This document shows, piece after piece, positions 38,201 to 50,468 of a stretch of 64,000 nucleotides of DNA. Source of the stretch: Basidiobolus meristosporus CBS 931.73 (Eukaryota; Fungi; Basidiobolomycota); assembly GCA_002104905.1 (NCBI GenBank), contig MCFE01000028.1, positions 124,001-188,000 of the forward strand. Reading direction: 5' to 3'. The notes under the pieces were generated by a model. The model saw only the letters and a program-made list of their open reading frames with translations. It was not told the origin of the DNA and made no database searches. Each line of letters opens with the position of its first letter. Within the stretch, counting starts at the first letter, position 1. The position numbers were made by a program, and so were the translations under genes.

Positions 38201-40255
38201 TCAGGCCCTGATGGAAAATCAAACTTGGGACTTGGTCAAATTACCAATCTACCAAAAATCAACTGGATGCAGATGGGTCTTCAAGACAAAATACAAGGCT
38301 GATGGTACAATTGAAAGATACAAAGCAAGACTTGTAGCCAAAGGATACTCTCAAACAAAAGGACTTGACTATACTGAGACCTTTGCACCGGTAGCCAAGT
38401 TTAATTCCATCAGATCAATATTGGCTATTGCAGCCAAATATAAGTTTTTTATTCATCAAATGGATGTAAAAACTGCATTTTTGAATGGAGGACTTGATGA
38501 GGACGTGTATATAGATCAGCCTGATGGGCTTGTTGATCAAGATAACTCCCACTTGGTCTGCAAGCTTAAAGAGTCACTATATGGTCTCAAACAATCACCA
38601 AGAGCCTGGAATTGCAAGATAGATTCTTATTTGGAATCTTTGAGTTTCAAAAGAAGTAATGCTGACTATAGTATATACTATAAGCCAGATAGAGCAAATC
38701 CAGTTCTATTAGCTCTATATGTGGATGATCTTATTATAGTGCCAATAACCTAGAAACATTGGAAGAGACTAAATCCAGCCTATCTAAGGAGTTCAAGATG
38801 TCTGATCTAGGTGAACTTAGTTACTGCTTAGGGATTAAGTTCTCCATAGACAGAAGTACCCAGACTATTACCCTAAGCCAATCCAAGTATATTCAAGATA
38901 CACTATAGAAGTACCAAATGGAAGACTGTAAACCAGCAGCTACCCCAATGGAGACAAACCTTAACTTGGTCAAAACTCAACCAAATCAAGAGAGCTTGGT
39001 GCCATCTGAAAGCCCTGACTTTCCTTATTAATCTATGGTTAGCAGTCTGATGTATATCATGCTTGGAACATGTCCAGATATCTTTTATTCAGTGGGAGTT
39101 GTCAGCCAACATAATCAGAACTATGGATCTGATCATATTGCAGCAGTTAAGCGGATTTTTAGATACCTAAAAGGAACTGCTGACAACTCCTCAAGATACA
39201 CTTATAAGGACTCAGAACAGGATCTTGTGGGATACTCTGATGCTGATTGGGGACAAAATTTGGAAGACAGAAGATCCACCACAGGATACACCTTTCTTTA
39301 CTGTAAAGGAGCAATTTCATGGAATTCAAGAAAGCAACCAACCATAGCACTTTCCACCACAGAGGCAGAGTATATGGCAGCCTGTGAAGCTACAAAAGAA
39401 GAAATGTGGCTAAGAAAACTTCTTACAGATTTAGGCCTATGTTAAAAAACGCCTATTACTTTATTTCAAGATAATCAAGGATGTACACAATTAGGTAGAA
39501 ATCCAACTTTTCATGCTAGAACTAAGCACATAGATATTAGACATCATTTCATACATGAAGCTATAGAGAATAACTTAGTTAGCTTAGTTTACTGTCCTAC
39601 AGATGAAATGATTGCAGACATATATTCCAAACCATTAGCTAGAGACAAGTTTGAATATCTTAGGTCAAAATTAGGACTAGTCAGTACAAGCATTTAGCTG
39701 AGTGGGAGTGTTGTAGAAATTTGTAATTCCACCTAAATATTCACCTAACTTAGTCACTTAGATCATCACCTTCAAATCCTAGAGAATCCTGACCAAAATT
39801 CCTTGTTGGGATTTACTTTGAATATTTACCCAGAACATGAAAATTCTCAAAGTTGTCCAAACAGCCCCAAGCTTTGCACACATTTTCTTGGGACCTTTTG
39901 TAACCTATTCTATGTGTTTGGCATGCTAAGACTATGTAAAAGTATAAATACTACTTTTACATTCAATAAATCATTAAGTGAAAACCACATAATCTACTTG
40001 TTCTCCCAGTCACTTCCAATATCTCCAAGACTCTTACAACACTACAAACATGTAGAATTGGTCAAGAAAAATTCCAAGAGCATATGTGCAAAGTTTGGGG
40101 CTGTTTGGACAACTTTGAGAATTTTCATGTTCTGGGTAAATACTCCAAGTAAATCCTGACAAGGAATTTGGTCAGTATTCCCCAGGATTGGAAGGTAATG
40201 ATCTAAGTGACTAAGTTGGGTGAATATTTAGGTGGAATTACAAATTTTTACAACA
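35251..40255 (-). repeat. Antisense copia A LTR split into 35251-35373 and 40042-40255 by the full-length element
   Basis: The two pieces join into a continuous reverse-complement LTR (compare 4488-4835), with TTACA/CTACA duplicated at the break. Confidence 0.85.
35374..40041 (+). mobile_element. Full-length Ty1/copia family A element (inactivated)
   Basis: 5' LTR 35374-35723, PBS GGTTATGAGCCC 35724-35735, gag-PR-IN ORF open from ATG 35728 to 37755 (LDGSNYQVWK, CNYCKRKGHTSDRC, WYIDSGAS, QQNGVAE), RT 37896-38753, RNase H 39035-39445, PPT to 39698, 3' LTR 39699-40041. TSD TTACA/CTACA. Several stops and frameshifts; LTRs visibly diverged. Confidence 0.96.
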
Positions 40256-41090
40256 ATTTCATATGTGGATCTATAAAGAATAACTTAGTTAGCTTAGTTC
40301 ACTGTCTTTCAGATGAAATGATTGCAAACATATTTACCAAACCATTAGCTAGAGACAAGTGTGAATGTCTTAAGTCAAAACTAGGACCAGTCAGTACAAA
40401 CATTTAGCTGAGTGGGAGTGTTGTACGAATTTGTAATTCCACCCAAATATTCACCTAACTTAGTCACTTGGAATACTACCTTCAAATCCTAGAGAATACT
40501 GACCAAATTCCTTGTTGGGATTTACTCAGAATATTTTCACCATAGTATCAGGTGTTGTAAAAATTTGTAATTCCACCTAAATATTTGCCTAACTTAGTCA
40601 CTTAGATCATTACCCTCAAATCCTAGAGAATACTGACCAAATTCCTTGTTGGGATTTACTTAGAATATTTTCACCAAAATACCAGGTACCCAGAACATGA
40701 AAATTCTCAAAGTTGTCCAAACAGCCCCAAACTTTGCACACATGTTCTTGGGACCTTCCTTAACCTATTCTACGTGTTTGTAATGCCAAGACCAGGTAAA
40801 AGTATAAATACTACTTTTACATTCAATAAATCATTAAGTGAAAACTACATAATCTACCTGTTCTCCCAGTCACTTCCAATATCTCCAAGACTCTTACAAC
40901 ATCAGGTACCCCAAACATGAAAATTCTCAAAGTTGTCCAAGCAGTTCCAAACTTTGCACACATGTTCTTGGGACCTTCCTAAACATATTCTACATGCTGT
41001 TATGCCAAGACCATGTAAAAGTATAAATACTACTTTTACACTCAGTAAATCATTAAGTGAATATCACATAATATACTTGTCCTCCAACAA
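40256..41090 (+). mobile_element. Copia A 3' end (RNase H tail, PPT, LTR from 40419) with a nested solo LTR
   Basis: EMIANIFTKPLARDK, PPT TTAGCTGAGTGGGAG, then an LTR interrupted at 40552 and resuming at 40902. Confidence 0.88.
40553..40901 (+). mobile_element. Copia A solo LTR inserted into another family A LTR
   Basis: TGTTG...CAACA ends, 349 bp, perfect TSD TCAGG on both sides. Confidence 0.95.
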
Positions 41091-41829
41091 CAGGATCTCC
41101 TGGCATTAAATACTGGAATGATCACTTCTAAGTGGATAATGAGTAGCTAGCTATTATTGCAATATCAGGGTGTGGAAAGGTGTGGCCAAATAGAAATATT
41201 TCAGCCATCTATGATGCACAAATAATAAGCATAGGCCATCCAATAGTAGTACAGGCATCATTGTGGGAATGTTAGGGGATAGTTGATATACCACTACAAC
41301 CCTATGATGCCAGTTATCATACAGGTCTTTCCTCAATTCTTTGCAACACATCTCTAACTTTGGTTTTACAAGCTTCAGGGAGAAATATTGATTTGTGTTT
41401 AGACTGTATAGTCTGAAATTGGTACAGATGGGAGCTTGGAAGGGGTTTAGTCAATATAGTATACTAAGTATAGTATCAAGAGAGTAGTGCAACAGTAGGG
41501 CATTAGTGCGAAGCAAAAGTAGGTCCACCTTGAAATTTCCATTAGCTAAGAGCAAGGCATATTGACCCAAGAAAACAACAAGTAGCACCATAGGATGGGC
41601 GACAGGAATCCTTTAATGATATCAGCAGAATTTGATTGCGTGGCATACGGATCCCAAACTGTTTGAGTTTGGTTGGGATTCTTTTAATCGCTTGCCTCAT
41701 TTTGCTGTAGTGCCGCTTCAGAACAGTTAGATTTTATTTTCCGGAGTTTCGGAAGACCACGCTTCATCACCATGGTGTATAAATAACCAGCAGTCAGGAT
41801 AGTTCCTAGTGGAGAATTGCTCGCTAACC

Positions 41830-42297
41830 ATGCTCCTCCGTACTATAGCACTGATGCTGGTCATAGGCTCTGGATCATGTGAGCCCCACCTCGGGATGCG
41901 TTACGATGCCACTCCTCCGCCCAGCTGTGTGGACGACAAGCTGGGCAACCACACGGTAAGCGAACACAATGCCTGCGACTCCATAGTCAAGACATACCCA
42001 ATGTATGAGCCGTGTTGTGTGAAGCATCGCGAATGCTACAGCAAGTGCGGACCGACAGAAACAAAAGAAGGCTGTGACAATGAGTTTCGATTCTGCCTGC
42101 AGCAGACTTGTGGGGCTGGAAAGCGAAAGTTCGTTCGTAGCAGGTGCAACACTGGCTGGTCTTGGTTCGGGCCTGGGATGAACAGCCACAGAGTGGCGGA
42201 GTCTTCTGATTTCAGTTGTAAAGAATACGCAGCCAAACAGGCGCAATCTTGCCATGACAGTGATCCCGCCGAGCCCTCCCCGATCTCGGAAGAATGA
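41830..42297 (+). CDS. Secreted Cys-rich protein, group XII secretory phospholipase A2-like fold, catalytic Asp replaced (HD to HR)
   Basis: Intronless, 155 aa from ATG 41830. Signal-peptide-like MLLRTIALMLVIGSGSC. Cys pattern N.C...CC.KH.ECY.KC...K.GCD.EF..CL...C...C...C...Q..SC matches PLA2G12/conodipine-type proteins. Confidence 0.7.
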   Translation: MLLRTIALMLVIGSGSCEPHLGMRYDATPPPSCVDDKLGNHTVSEHNACDSIVKTYPMYEPCCVKHRECYSKCGPTETKEGCDNEFRFCLQQTCGAGKRKFVRSRCNTGWSWFGPGMNSHRVAESSDFSCKEYAAKQAQSCHDSDPAEPSPISEE

Positions 42298-42308
42298 TTT
42301 TGCGTCGA

Positions 42309-42424
42309 GTGATTAATCTACTCAGTGATTGATCTATTTAATGGAGCCAAGTGATTAATCTATTTAATGGAGCCAAGTGATTGATCTATTTAATGGAGCC
42401 AAGTGATTAATCTATTTAATGGAG
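42309..42424. repeat. 26-bp minisatellite (GTGATT[A/G]ATCTATTTAATGGAGCCAA), ~3.8 copies plus a partial copy
   Basis: Units start at 42325, 42351, 42377 and 42403; partial unit at 42309. No spacers. Confidence 0.95.
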
Positions 42425-42794
42425 TGGCTGCAGAGTCATGAGCAGCAAGAAATTAATATGAACCCCAATAAAACCTTGCATCGAACCTTGCATTGTCCAC
42501 TTCGCCATCTCCACACTGCCTGAATTGAGGAATGAATTTGGAACATCACGCTCTTTGGCCACTGATATGGCGATCTCGGCTCGATACGGTAGTGCAATTT
42601 AGCCATCTTTACCCACGGGAGAGGTGGTACATTGAGGTGGATGGAAATTTCGATTTATTTACAGGTGGAGAATGACTGAACCATCTCCAAATCAAAAATT
42701 TTACAGCTTAAGATTACTTGGTGACTCTGCCAAATAACTACTTGGTGACTATGCCAGATAGGAGAACGAAAAAGGAATGGGTTTGGGCTGCACC

Positions 42795-43831
42795 TCAGCG
42801 GATAAGGCAGGTGCGGTATGTGTCGATGGTGATTTCCTTGTAGGAGGGTAGTTTCGGAGCGACGCTTTCCTCTACTGGTGTGTAGACGGGCAAACTCTCA
42901 TCCTCCTGTCGTTTATGAGTGATCTCAATATTGAACGTGATGTAGCCACACTCGATCTTCCCATTGATGTCAAATCCCACCAATACGATGACTTCATGAC
43001 TGGTCTGAATATACTTGGTTGAGCATCCTGGCTGAAAAATGTCATTTTTGGGCAATCGGACATTGAACAGGAATTCGCTACAGCTAACTGCTTGGTTGCT
43101 AATCTCGCGCCACTGCTGAGTTTTCTTCGAGTTTTCTTCTCCCAAGCTGACGTTTTGAACCAATCTGAATGCCACCCGGCGGACTTTCACCTTTTCCTTC
43201 AGAGGAAGAACCTTGACATGTAATGGTACGACTTCCCCTAGGGTGTAGTTCCTCTTGGGCGCTTGGATACTAACGCTGGCCGCGGACTTGTACACCTGAG
43301 TAATGTGAAGCGACTCATCATGGATGTCTGCACCCACTGAACGAAGGAATCTTTTGACGAGTACGGGCTTTTGGATACGGATATCGCAAAGAATATGAGG
43401 CCGCTCGATAGTGGCTTTGAGGCGGTAGGTTATTTGACCAAATTGAGTCACTACAGTCTCAGGAAGATGGCCTGGGAATCGGTATTCGAATTCAAAGGCA
43501 TTTTTCCCAACGGCAAGAGAGTAAGTCGAGTTTGGCTCGATAAGCGTCAACGTGTCGTCCAGTATTATTTTGTTGGTGCCGTCAGAGTGACCTTTAGAGA
43601 AATTCGAGTTAGTCGATGTAAGGGACGGATCCTCGTTGTGTCGTGCATACCTGACTCCCGTATAATCTGAGCTCTTCCTTCAAGTCTCAATTGGATGGAT
43701 TTGATCTTGGTCACCTTTTTCACATCCAAAATTAGTGCGCCTCGGAAGGCAACGCCAGCAGCCTCAGAGGGACTCCCATGCAGTATGATTGCAGGCTTCT
43801 CCAGGAGAATCTCACAACACGAAGATTTCAT
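42795..43831 (-). CDS. Alpha-arrestin (Arrestin_N/C, Rsp5/Nedd4 adaptor-like), 2 exons
   Basis: IILHGSPSEAAGVAFRGALILDV....KSIQLRLEG, FEF..PGHLPET....GQITYRLKATIERP, and C-terminal LPVY/LPSY PY-like motifs. Intron ~43592-43650 (GTATGC...CTAAC...AAG). Confidence 0.88.
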
Positions 43832-44907
43832 GATAGTTGTCGCGGACAGTTATGATTAATGAACAGAAACCGTCTCGCAGATACTTGGGCTATATATACG
43901 GCGGCTGGTCAAGGACTGAACGACTCGGTTAAATGCATTCCACCATTTAAAGGAATCCCATATCCATGAAGATCCACCTCCCCTAGACTGCTTCGCAGAC
44001 AGCAGATGCCAATCATCTGAGACTTCTGAATGCCGAATATAGGGCTTGTATTAGGTTATTGGCAACAAGCCAAGGTGGGATCGGTTTAAATGATTACCAG
44101 ATAAACTTTTGGCCAGAATAGTCCAGATGTTGGGCATATTTGGGCTGCATGTGATGAGTGATATCATGTGTATTCTTAGATAAGCTTGATGACATTTTGG
44201 CATCTGCCACTGCTGGCATCGCTTTTCAATACTGACAAACAGCTTCACCATTGGACGCTGCGAAAAGTGGGTATTACTTATTGCCGTTCTACAGAGCACC
44301 CTGATCAACCGCTCCCACGCTTTGAATCCTCTGTTGCTTATGATGGATAGCAACGACCATATGTCAGATGAAGTCCCAAAGTGACATACCCGCCATTGTC
44401 ACCGTGAAGGAGTTGAGTGGGTTCCCGTTAACCTTAAGCAGCGGAGATTGACCACTTCAAATGGCAGTAGTCCATAGTAAGCCAGCCGTTTTAGATAAAC
44501 TCTTGCCTTAAGAGCTGGGCAGCGTGTAACGGGAAGCGGTAGTTTGTTGGCTGCTTTTGGCCCACTGGATTCTTCATTTGGCAGGTCGGATTGGAAATGG
44601 CCTGTTTCACACCATTTCTATTTTCTGTTACAGCATCGACCGATTCTAGACGAAGGATAACATGAATGTTCCTTACTAATCATTGGAGTCCGCACGTTTG
44701 TGTAAGCTTGAATTTCAGTTTGCTAGCTCTGGAGAATCACCCACAAATTGAATCTTGATCTCCAAGACGAATCAGTAGATTCGATTTTTGGACCTTAGAT
44801 CTGTTGCCGCAGTAAGGTGCCAAATTCAACATACCTGCTGTATGTTCTGTGAGGGATTGCTTACCTGTGTATAGCATATGATCTGTAAAACTTAGATTCC
44901 ATGTACA

Positions 44908-47173
44908 ATGTCTGACTTCAACAAATTCAAGCTTCCAAGTAAAAGCACCCAAAAGCCACAACCGAGACGTAAGACTCCATTGAGATCTGGGTTTGAACAT
45001 CAGGAAGAGGAAAGCCCAACCCGGCCCCGATTTCTTTCCAAATTTAATGTATCCTCGTCCATTTTTGATAGTATAGGTATTTTACGATTCAGAGCGCCTT
45101 CGAAATGCTTTGTAGCAGCTCACTAGATAAACCATGCAATTTAATATTTTAGACAAGTTTAATTCGGAAACAAACGTAGAGAAAAGTGGGATAATTGAAG
45201 AGGACAACCTTACCGGATCGCAAGCCCCAATCTCATCTCCTTCCAGAAATGCTGTCAGTTTCGCTGCATTTGTTCGTAGAGATCCGCTTCAGATCCAGCC
45301 TTCTACTGTGAAACGCGCTAGCGATGAGGGTGCTTCTAAGGAGGAAAATGGCACGCACATTGATAAACATTTATCCAGAAAGCAAATGTTGGAAGGTGCC
45401 CAATAATCACTTTATTTCACGATGATTAAGCCTGCTTATGTCTTTTGGAATATGGTAGAATTGAACCCGACCAGCCTTGTCGACATAGCTGTTAATACTG
45501 TTAGCCCAGACAAACACAAGAAACCAGCTTGGCGAGGTATTTGTTACTGGCACGACACTTCATCCCATAGATAAGAAATGAACCTCATGCCCCCGCAGAT
45601 AATGCTTTCTCTGGATCCTATACACCACCTAATCGATATATCTTCGGGAGTCCAAAGAACGATAGACTCCCAGAGAATTGGCTAAGTCTCTCGGATGGTA
45701 CATTTTTTACCCGCCTATACACACTAGCAGAACGCTAACAATGCAAATTTATTGGTCAGACCCATCGGTGTACCCTTTTTTGACCAAGAGAGACTCATTT
45801 GGCAGGAAAGCAGGTACAAGTGACCCAACACACATGTCGGATTGCCATGTCAGTCCGGCTTCAAAATATCGATTTAATATCAAGCAAATCATCGAGAACG
45901 AATCCTCTCGGGGGCTCAAGGTATCTAAGTGGTATTATGGTTAAACTGCATGCTTTCGTTGAATGACTTTGGAAATGCCCTGCGTAAACTATTAGGAGGA
46001 GATCGAAGATTTCGTTGATAACTCGCAGGTACGTTTGAATTCCTATTAATAGATATAGCAACGCATCTCTATATTTGCTCATTGTTTTACGGAACCTCGC
46101 TCTGACTAATGCCTCTCAGTTAAGTAATTGGGGAGAGGGATGTCCAGCTACCGAGGTTCATATGTCAACTGATCCTTCCGATAATGTATGTTGCCCTTCA
46201 TTTCAGCCCTTTATCAGCACCCCGAATCTGACGCGGGCTCGATTCTTTAGCTTGACCAAGATTGCTCAGCTTCTTCCTATTTGTCTGATGTCGAAGCTCC
46301 CCAATCCCCGGTCCATCCCGGGACATCAGCACAAACCCCGGGAGGTGGGTCGGCTTGTACTACCAACGTTTGTACAACTGAATCCCATCCCATTAGTGGA
46401 AATATCTCCATAATGGAATTGGCACAAAACCCCAATTTCCTGAGCCATACGCGTAACTCCCATGATATGCCACTAGTAAGTCCGATGCAATGGCTTAATG
46501 GGGTGAAGATCCCAACCGCGTTGACGACCAGCACCAACGATCACCAGAGGAAGCGCAAGTACATGATGAGGTAAGGTGAGTTTCGTGTACAGTCAAATCC
46601 CTGACTCGTGTTTACAATCTTGCCTGGCTAGGGGCGGATATGAGGAGCGACTTGTGAACCTCTTGATCCGAGAAAAATCCGACCACGCAATATGGGCACA
46701 CGGCCTACGACGTGAAGGTATGGCATGGCTTGATGAAATCATCGCTAGATTCTCACGTCTTGATTATAGATAACCACACAGCCACCGAACGCAATCCGTC
46801 ACTTTATGTAGAAGTGTACCATGTGAAGGAAACCTATGGATCCATTATCTGTCGCTGTAGACTGCTTCCTTTGGATGCCATTAACGAGAAAGCCACGCAC
46901 ATTGATTTGCCCCCATTGGAGGATGAGTTTATTGATATACTGCTTTGTATGGAGCTCGATCCCAGTCACAGCACCCTCGCTTCTCGTCACTCGACACAGC
47001 CAGATCACGCAATTCATGTGGGAGATCTGCTGAAGATATACAAGCCTTATCAGGAGTTTACGTTCGGTTCATCAAGTATACTGGACGACTGGGAAATCCC
47101 TCGAAATGGGCTGATCGTTACTCGATTCGTGGTTCGCAGCTCCGATGTTTCGGATAGAGATAAACCCATTTGA
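44908..47173 (+). CDS. Multi-exon protein with a low-complexity N-terminus and a C-terminal SPIDR (DUF4502)-like OB-fold region
   Basis: Spliced KRKYMMR|GGYEERLVNLLIREKSDHAIWAH...LYVEVYHVKE...GDLLKIYKPYQ...LIVTRF resembles remembered human SPIDR motifs (RGGLAERL...RERS...LW.H; DTVRIFPPWQ). Internal exon structure only partly resolved. Confidence 0.55.
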
Positions 47174-48554
47174 AGTCAGTTGAAAGTTAGAACGTTGTAC
47201 TTATCAAGCAACCTCGTGTGACTTATCCGCGAGTTGTCAAGAATAGCAGTGTAGTGTACGAGATTTGTCTATGGGTGGATGCAGCCGGTGATAGGCCAAA
47301 CCAAAAATGTCAACTTTAATCTTAATACTCTAGATATCGGTGCGTGCAAATCCTGAACCACCCTGGCAAACCTCGTGTTTTGTTTGCATCCTTGCTGATC
47401 TCGAGGCTCACATCGCTGCTGTTGATAGGGAGTATGAAAAGGGTTAGAAAACTAGTATTACAAACCATTACTTTAGGCTTTGTTACGAGAATTCACCAAT
47501 ACGTGAATGGGGACAAATAAACCTCAACAAAACATGCTATCTGTTGTCTGACATTTCGTTGCTGCTGTAAACCATTTCATCACACCAAGTTGTTTTTATA
47601 CTTGATCCCACACACGGCCAACTTGAAGATCTCCGCCTTTTCAATACTACACATTCTGAGTCAATATTTAGTATGTGGGTAGCAATGCTCATCACAAGAG
47701 TGCATTATGAAGTTACATAGCATTATCAATCCTAGAAATGTGTTGTAGAATTGCACTTCATCACATACTTACTCATCCCATCCTTTCCTTATTGGAATAG
47801 CACCTACCTTGTCACATACTTGCTCATCTTTATTTGAGTGGTTGACCTAGAAATTAGCTCTTTGAATTCATACTATGTGAGAATAACTTGGAGCAGTAAG
47901 AGGGATGAGAAAAGGTAGGGACAATAGCAAAGAAGAATAAAATCCAGGGTTGAAATATACAATAGTCATTTCCAAGGTTAAGCAATCTACCAACAATCCA
48001 ATGATTGAAAATGAGGATAAAAATAAACAAATGAATTTAGCAGAAAATATGCACAAGTAGTTGGTTACAAGCCGAAACGAATAAAATGAACAAGGGGGAG
48101 CCTAAATGCATCAATTGCATAGATAGATCCATAGACGATGTGCTAATATCCACCAGCAATGAGAAGCATAGATTGAGAACCCTTCGCCAATTTCCACGTT
48201 TGTTGGAGTTCATTTGTCTTACCTTCGTGGGACATCTCGGGGACGCAAGTTATATTTAGAAAACCGGACCCAATGCAAATCCTTTTCAATATTGGCAGTT
48301 ACATCAACAAACCTGAATTGCCACCTGAGTTGCCACCTCTCTTAATCTAGATTAAGTTGGTTGATTTGACCTAAACCAATTGGAAATGGGCAGCATGACA
48401 GTACAACGCCAACTTCATCAGCTTCACATGCGGTATTCCAAGTCAAAAAAATTTTCCTACCCATTGGCCTCCGTTCCTACTAATTGCTATAAGCCATCGT
48501 ATTTTGGACAGCGCCCTTTGTCCAATTTCCTCGTATTTTGCTTTCGTTTGTAAG

Positions 48555-50131
48555 ATGTTTGAGAGGTTTCGGTTTGGAAAACAGTCCGGTTACGTATCAG
48601 AGGAGGCGTTAAACAATCTCCGCTTCTACAAATATGCTGCGGAAGACAAGTCCTACATCAGCCATTACATTCTTCGCCACTACTGGAATTATGTGGTCGA
48701 GTTGTTTCCACTATGGATGGCGTCAGTATTGTGCTTCCCTCACCGAAACCCGTCAAGCCTTTTCTAATCCTCGCTCACTTTAGGCCAAATTTGATAACTT
48801 TGTGCGGGCTAGGCTTTGTCGTCATTAATTTCATATGTGTTCTAATCTACACACCCGACCTCGAGACACCCGCCCCTTCTTGGGTCTACTTCAGGTAGAG
48901 TTAGACTCCAAACATTATGAACGCTCCTCATTCTAAGTGTATATCTTAGTTTTGCCTTGGGGATCTGGCTTTATTCAACCTTTGACAATGTCGATGGTAA
49001 ACAGGCTCGTCGAACTGGCACCTCTTCTCCTCTTGGCGAACTCTTTGACCATGGCTGCGACGCGCTCAACTGTTCTATTGGTGGGATAGTCCAAGCAGCC
49101 GGATTAGGACTAGGGTTCAGTTGGTACACCGTTCTGATCACCGCTATGAGTATGTATTGGGTTTTCCTCTCTCACTGGGTCTTTGCAAGTAACACTTCAA
49201 CGTCGACAACTATAGCCACCATTCCTTTCTATCTATCCACTTGGGAGGAATATCATACCGGAGTTTTGTACCTCGGCGTAGTTAACGGACCTACCGAGGG
49301 TCTCATAATATCTTGTCTTACAATGATCCTAACCGGAATCTACGGTACAAACTGTATTTGGTCCTTAGAATAAGCATTCTTGGGTCTAACGCTTATATTA
49401 GGCCCCCAAATGTGGAGAACTTCTATTCATGATATCTTGGGTAACTCCACACCTGGGTTCATTCCGGAGAGCGCCATTCTTCTTGATGCGGTCTTTGTCG
49501 TTATGTACGCCTTGTTGTTTGTAGCTGTTGCCCCAGCAAGGTAGGTCACCCCCAGACGCCTACTGATGATTTGGTGATTTACACTTCATATACATAGTTT
49601 CATCGCTGTTTACAAGACATGCCAGAGCAAATACCAGGACTACACCACCGCCTTAACTCAACTGCTCCCCATGACAGTGTACCTGGCCAGCACCTATTTG
49701 TGGCTTGCGTCGCCTTACTCGTATATACTGGAGAACCACTTGATCCTTTTCATTCTGACCATAGGAATCGTGTTCGGACGTATGGCCACCAAGATCATCC
49801 TGTCCCACGTTACTAAGAGCAGATTTCCTATGTACACAGTATTAATGCTGCCGATCGTAGTTGGCGCACTGCTGACCAATATACCTTATGTCCTTGGAAT
49901 GTAAGTTTACTTTGGACGCTTGTTGCACCTTGTGCATCTTACTCAACTGTTCTCGTGAACGATAGGCAACCACTCCTTGGCCCAGTCACCGAGCTGTGGT
50001 ATCTGATCCTGTTCTTCATCTTCTCCGCTGCTGCCTACACCAACTGGGCTCTGTTAGTGATCGACAGCTTCTGCACACATCTTGGAATCAGTTGTCTAAC
50101 GATCACCAGCAGACCCTACAACAGACTGTGA
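48555..50131 (+). CDS. EPT1: Choline/ethanolamine phosphotransferase (CDP-alcohol phosphatidyltransferase), multi-exon
   Basis: L..YKY...DKS.IS.YIL..YWN..V..FPLWMAPNLITL and the signature DNVDGKQARRTGTSSPLGELFDHGCD, plus WEEYHTG.LYL. EPT1 and CPT1 cannot be distinguished by eye. Confidence 0.93.
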
Positions 50132-50468
50132 AAATAGAAAAGCGATTACATCTGTTGCGCCCACAGACGGATGTTGTACCAACAATATTTATTTTGTCAC
50201 TAACCCAGCCCAGTCTACTAATAATCTCGTCAAGTCAATAAAGTCCATTTCCATGTCCGAATGCAATCAACTGAACCACTGGCTATCGCCGAGGATCCCT
50301 GGATTCGGCTTTTTTTTAGCCAAATTTTTTTTGGCATTTTTTTTTCTTTTTGACTGGGTAAACGAGGCGGATTCGGGGTGGTGGTGAATGAATAGACACC
50401 AAGCGTGGACATCCCAAAATACTTCGGTGGAAATAGTTCGTTCGTACTCTCGTTAATAATAATACGCC

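Noticed and set aside
1-41500. RIP as the cause of TE decay
   Set aside because: The visible depletion is of CpG, and CpA/TpG are abundant, which fits methylation-deamination. RIP indices were not computed.
41100-41500. Possible gene in the border segment (ORF 41154-41351)
   Set aside because: Short, no motif, CpG-poor like the TE block. Probably an unidentifiable relic.
42309-42424. CRISPR-like repeat
   Set aside because: Units are contiguous with no spacers, there are no cas genes, and the context is eukaryotic.
44051-45000. ORFs 44051-44353 and 44737-45000 as genes
   Set aside because: Non-ATG starts, no motifs, and located in the divergent promoter region between the arrestin and SPIDR-like genes.
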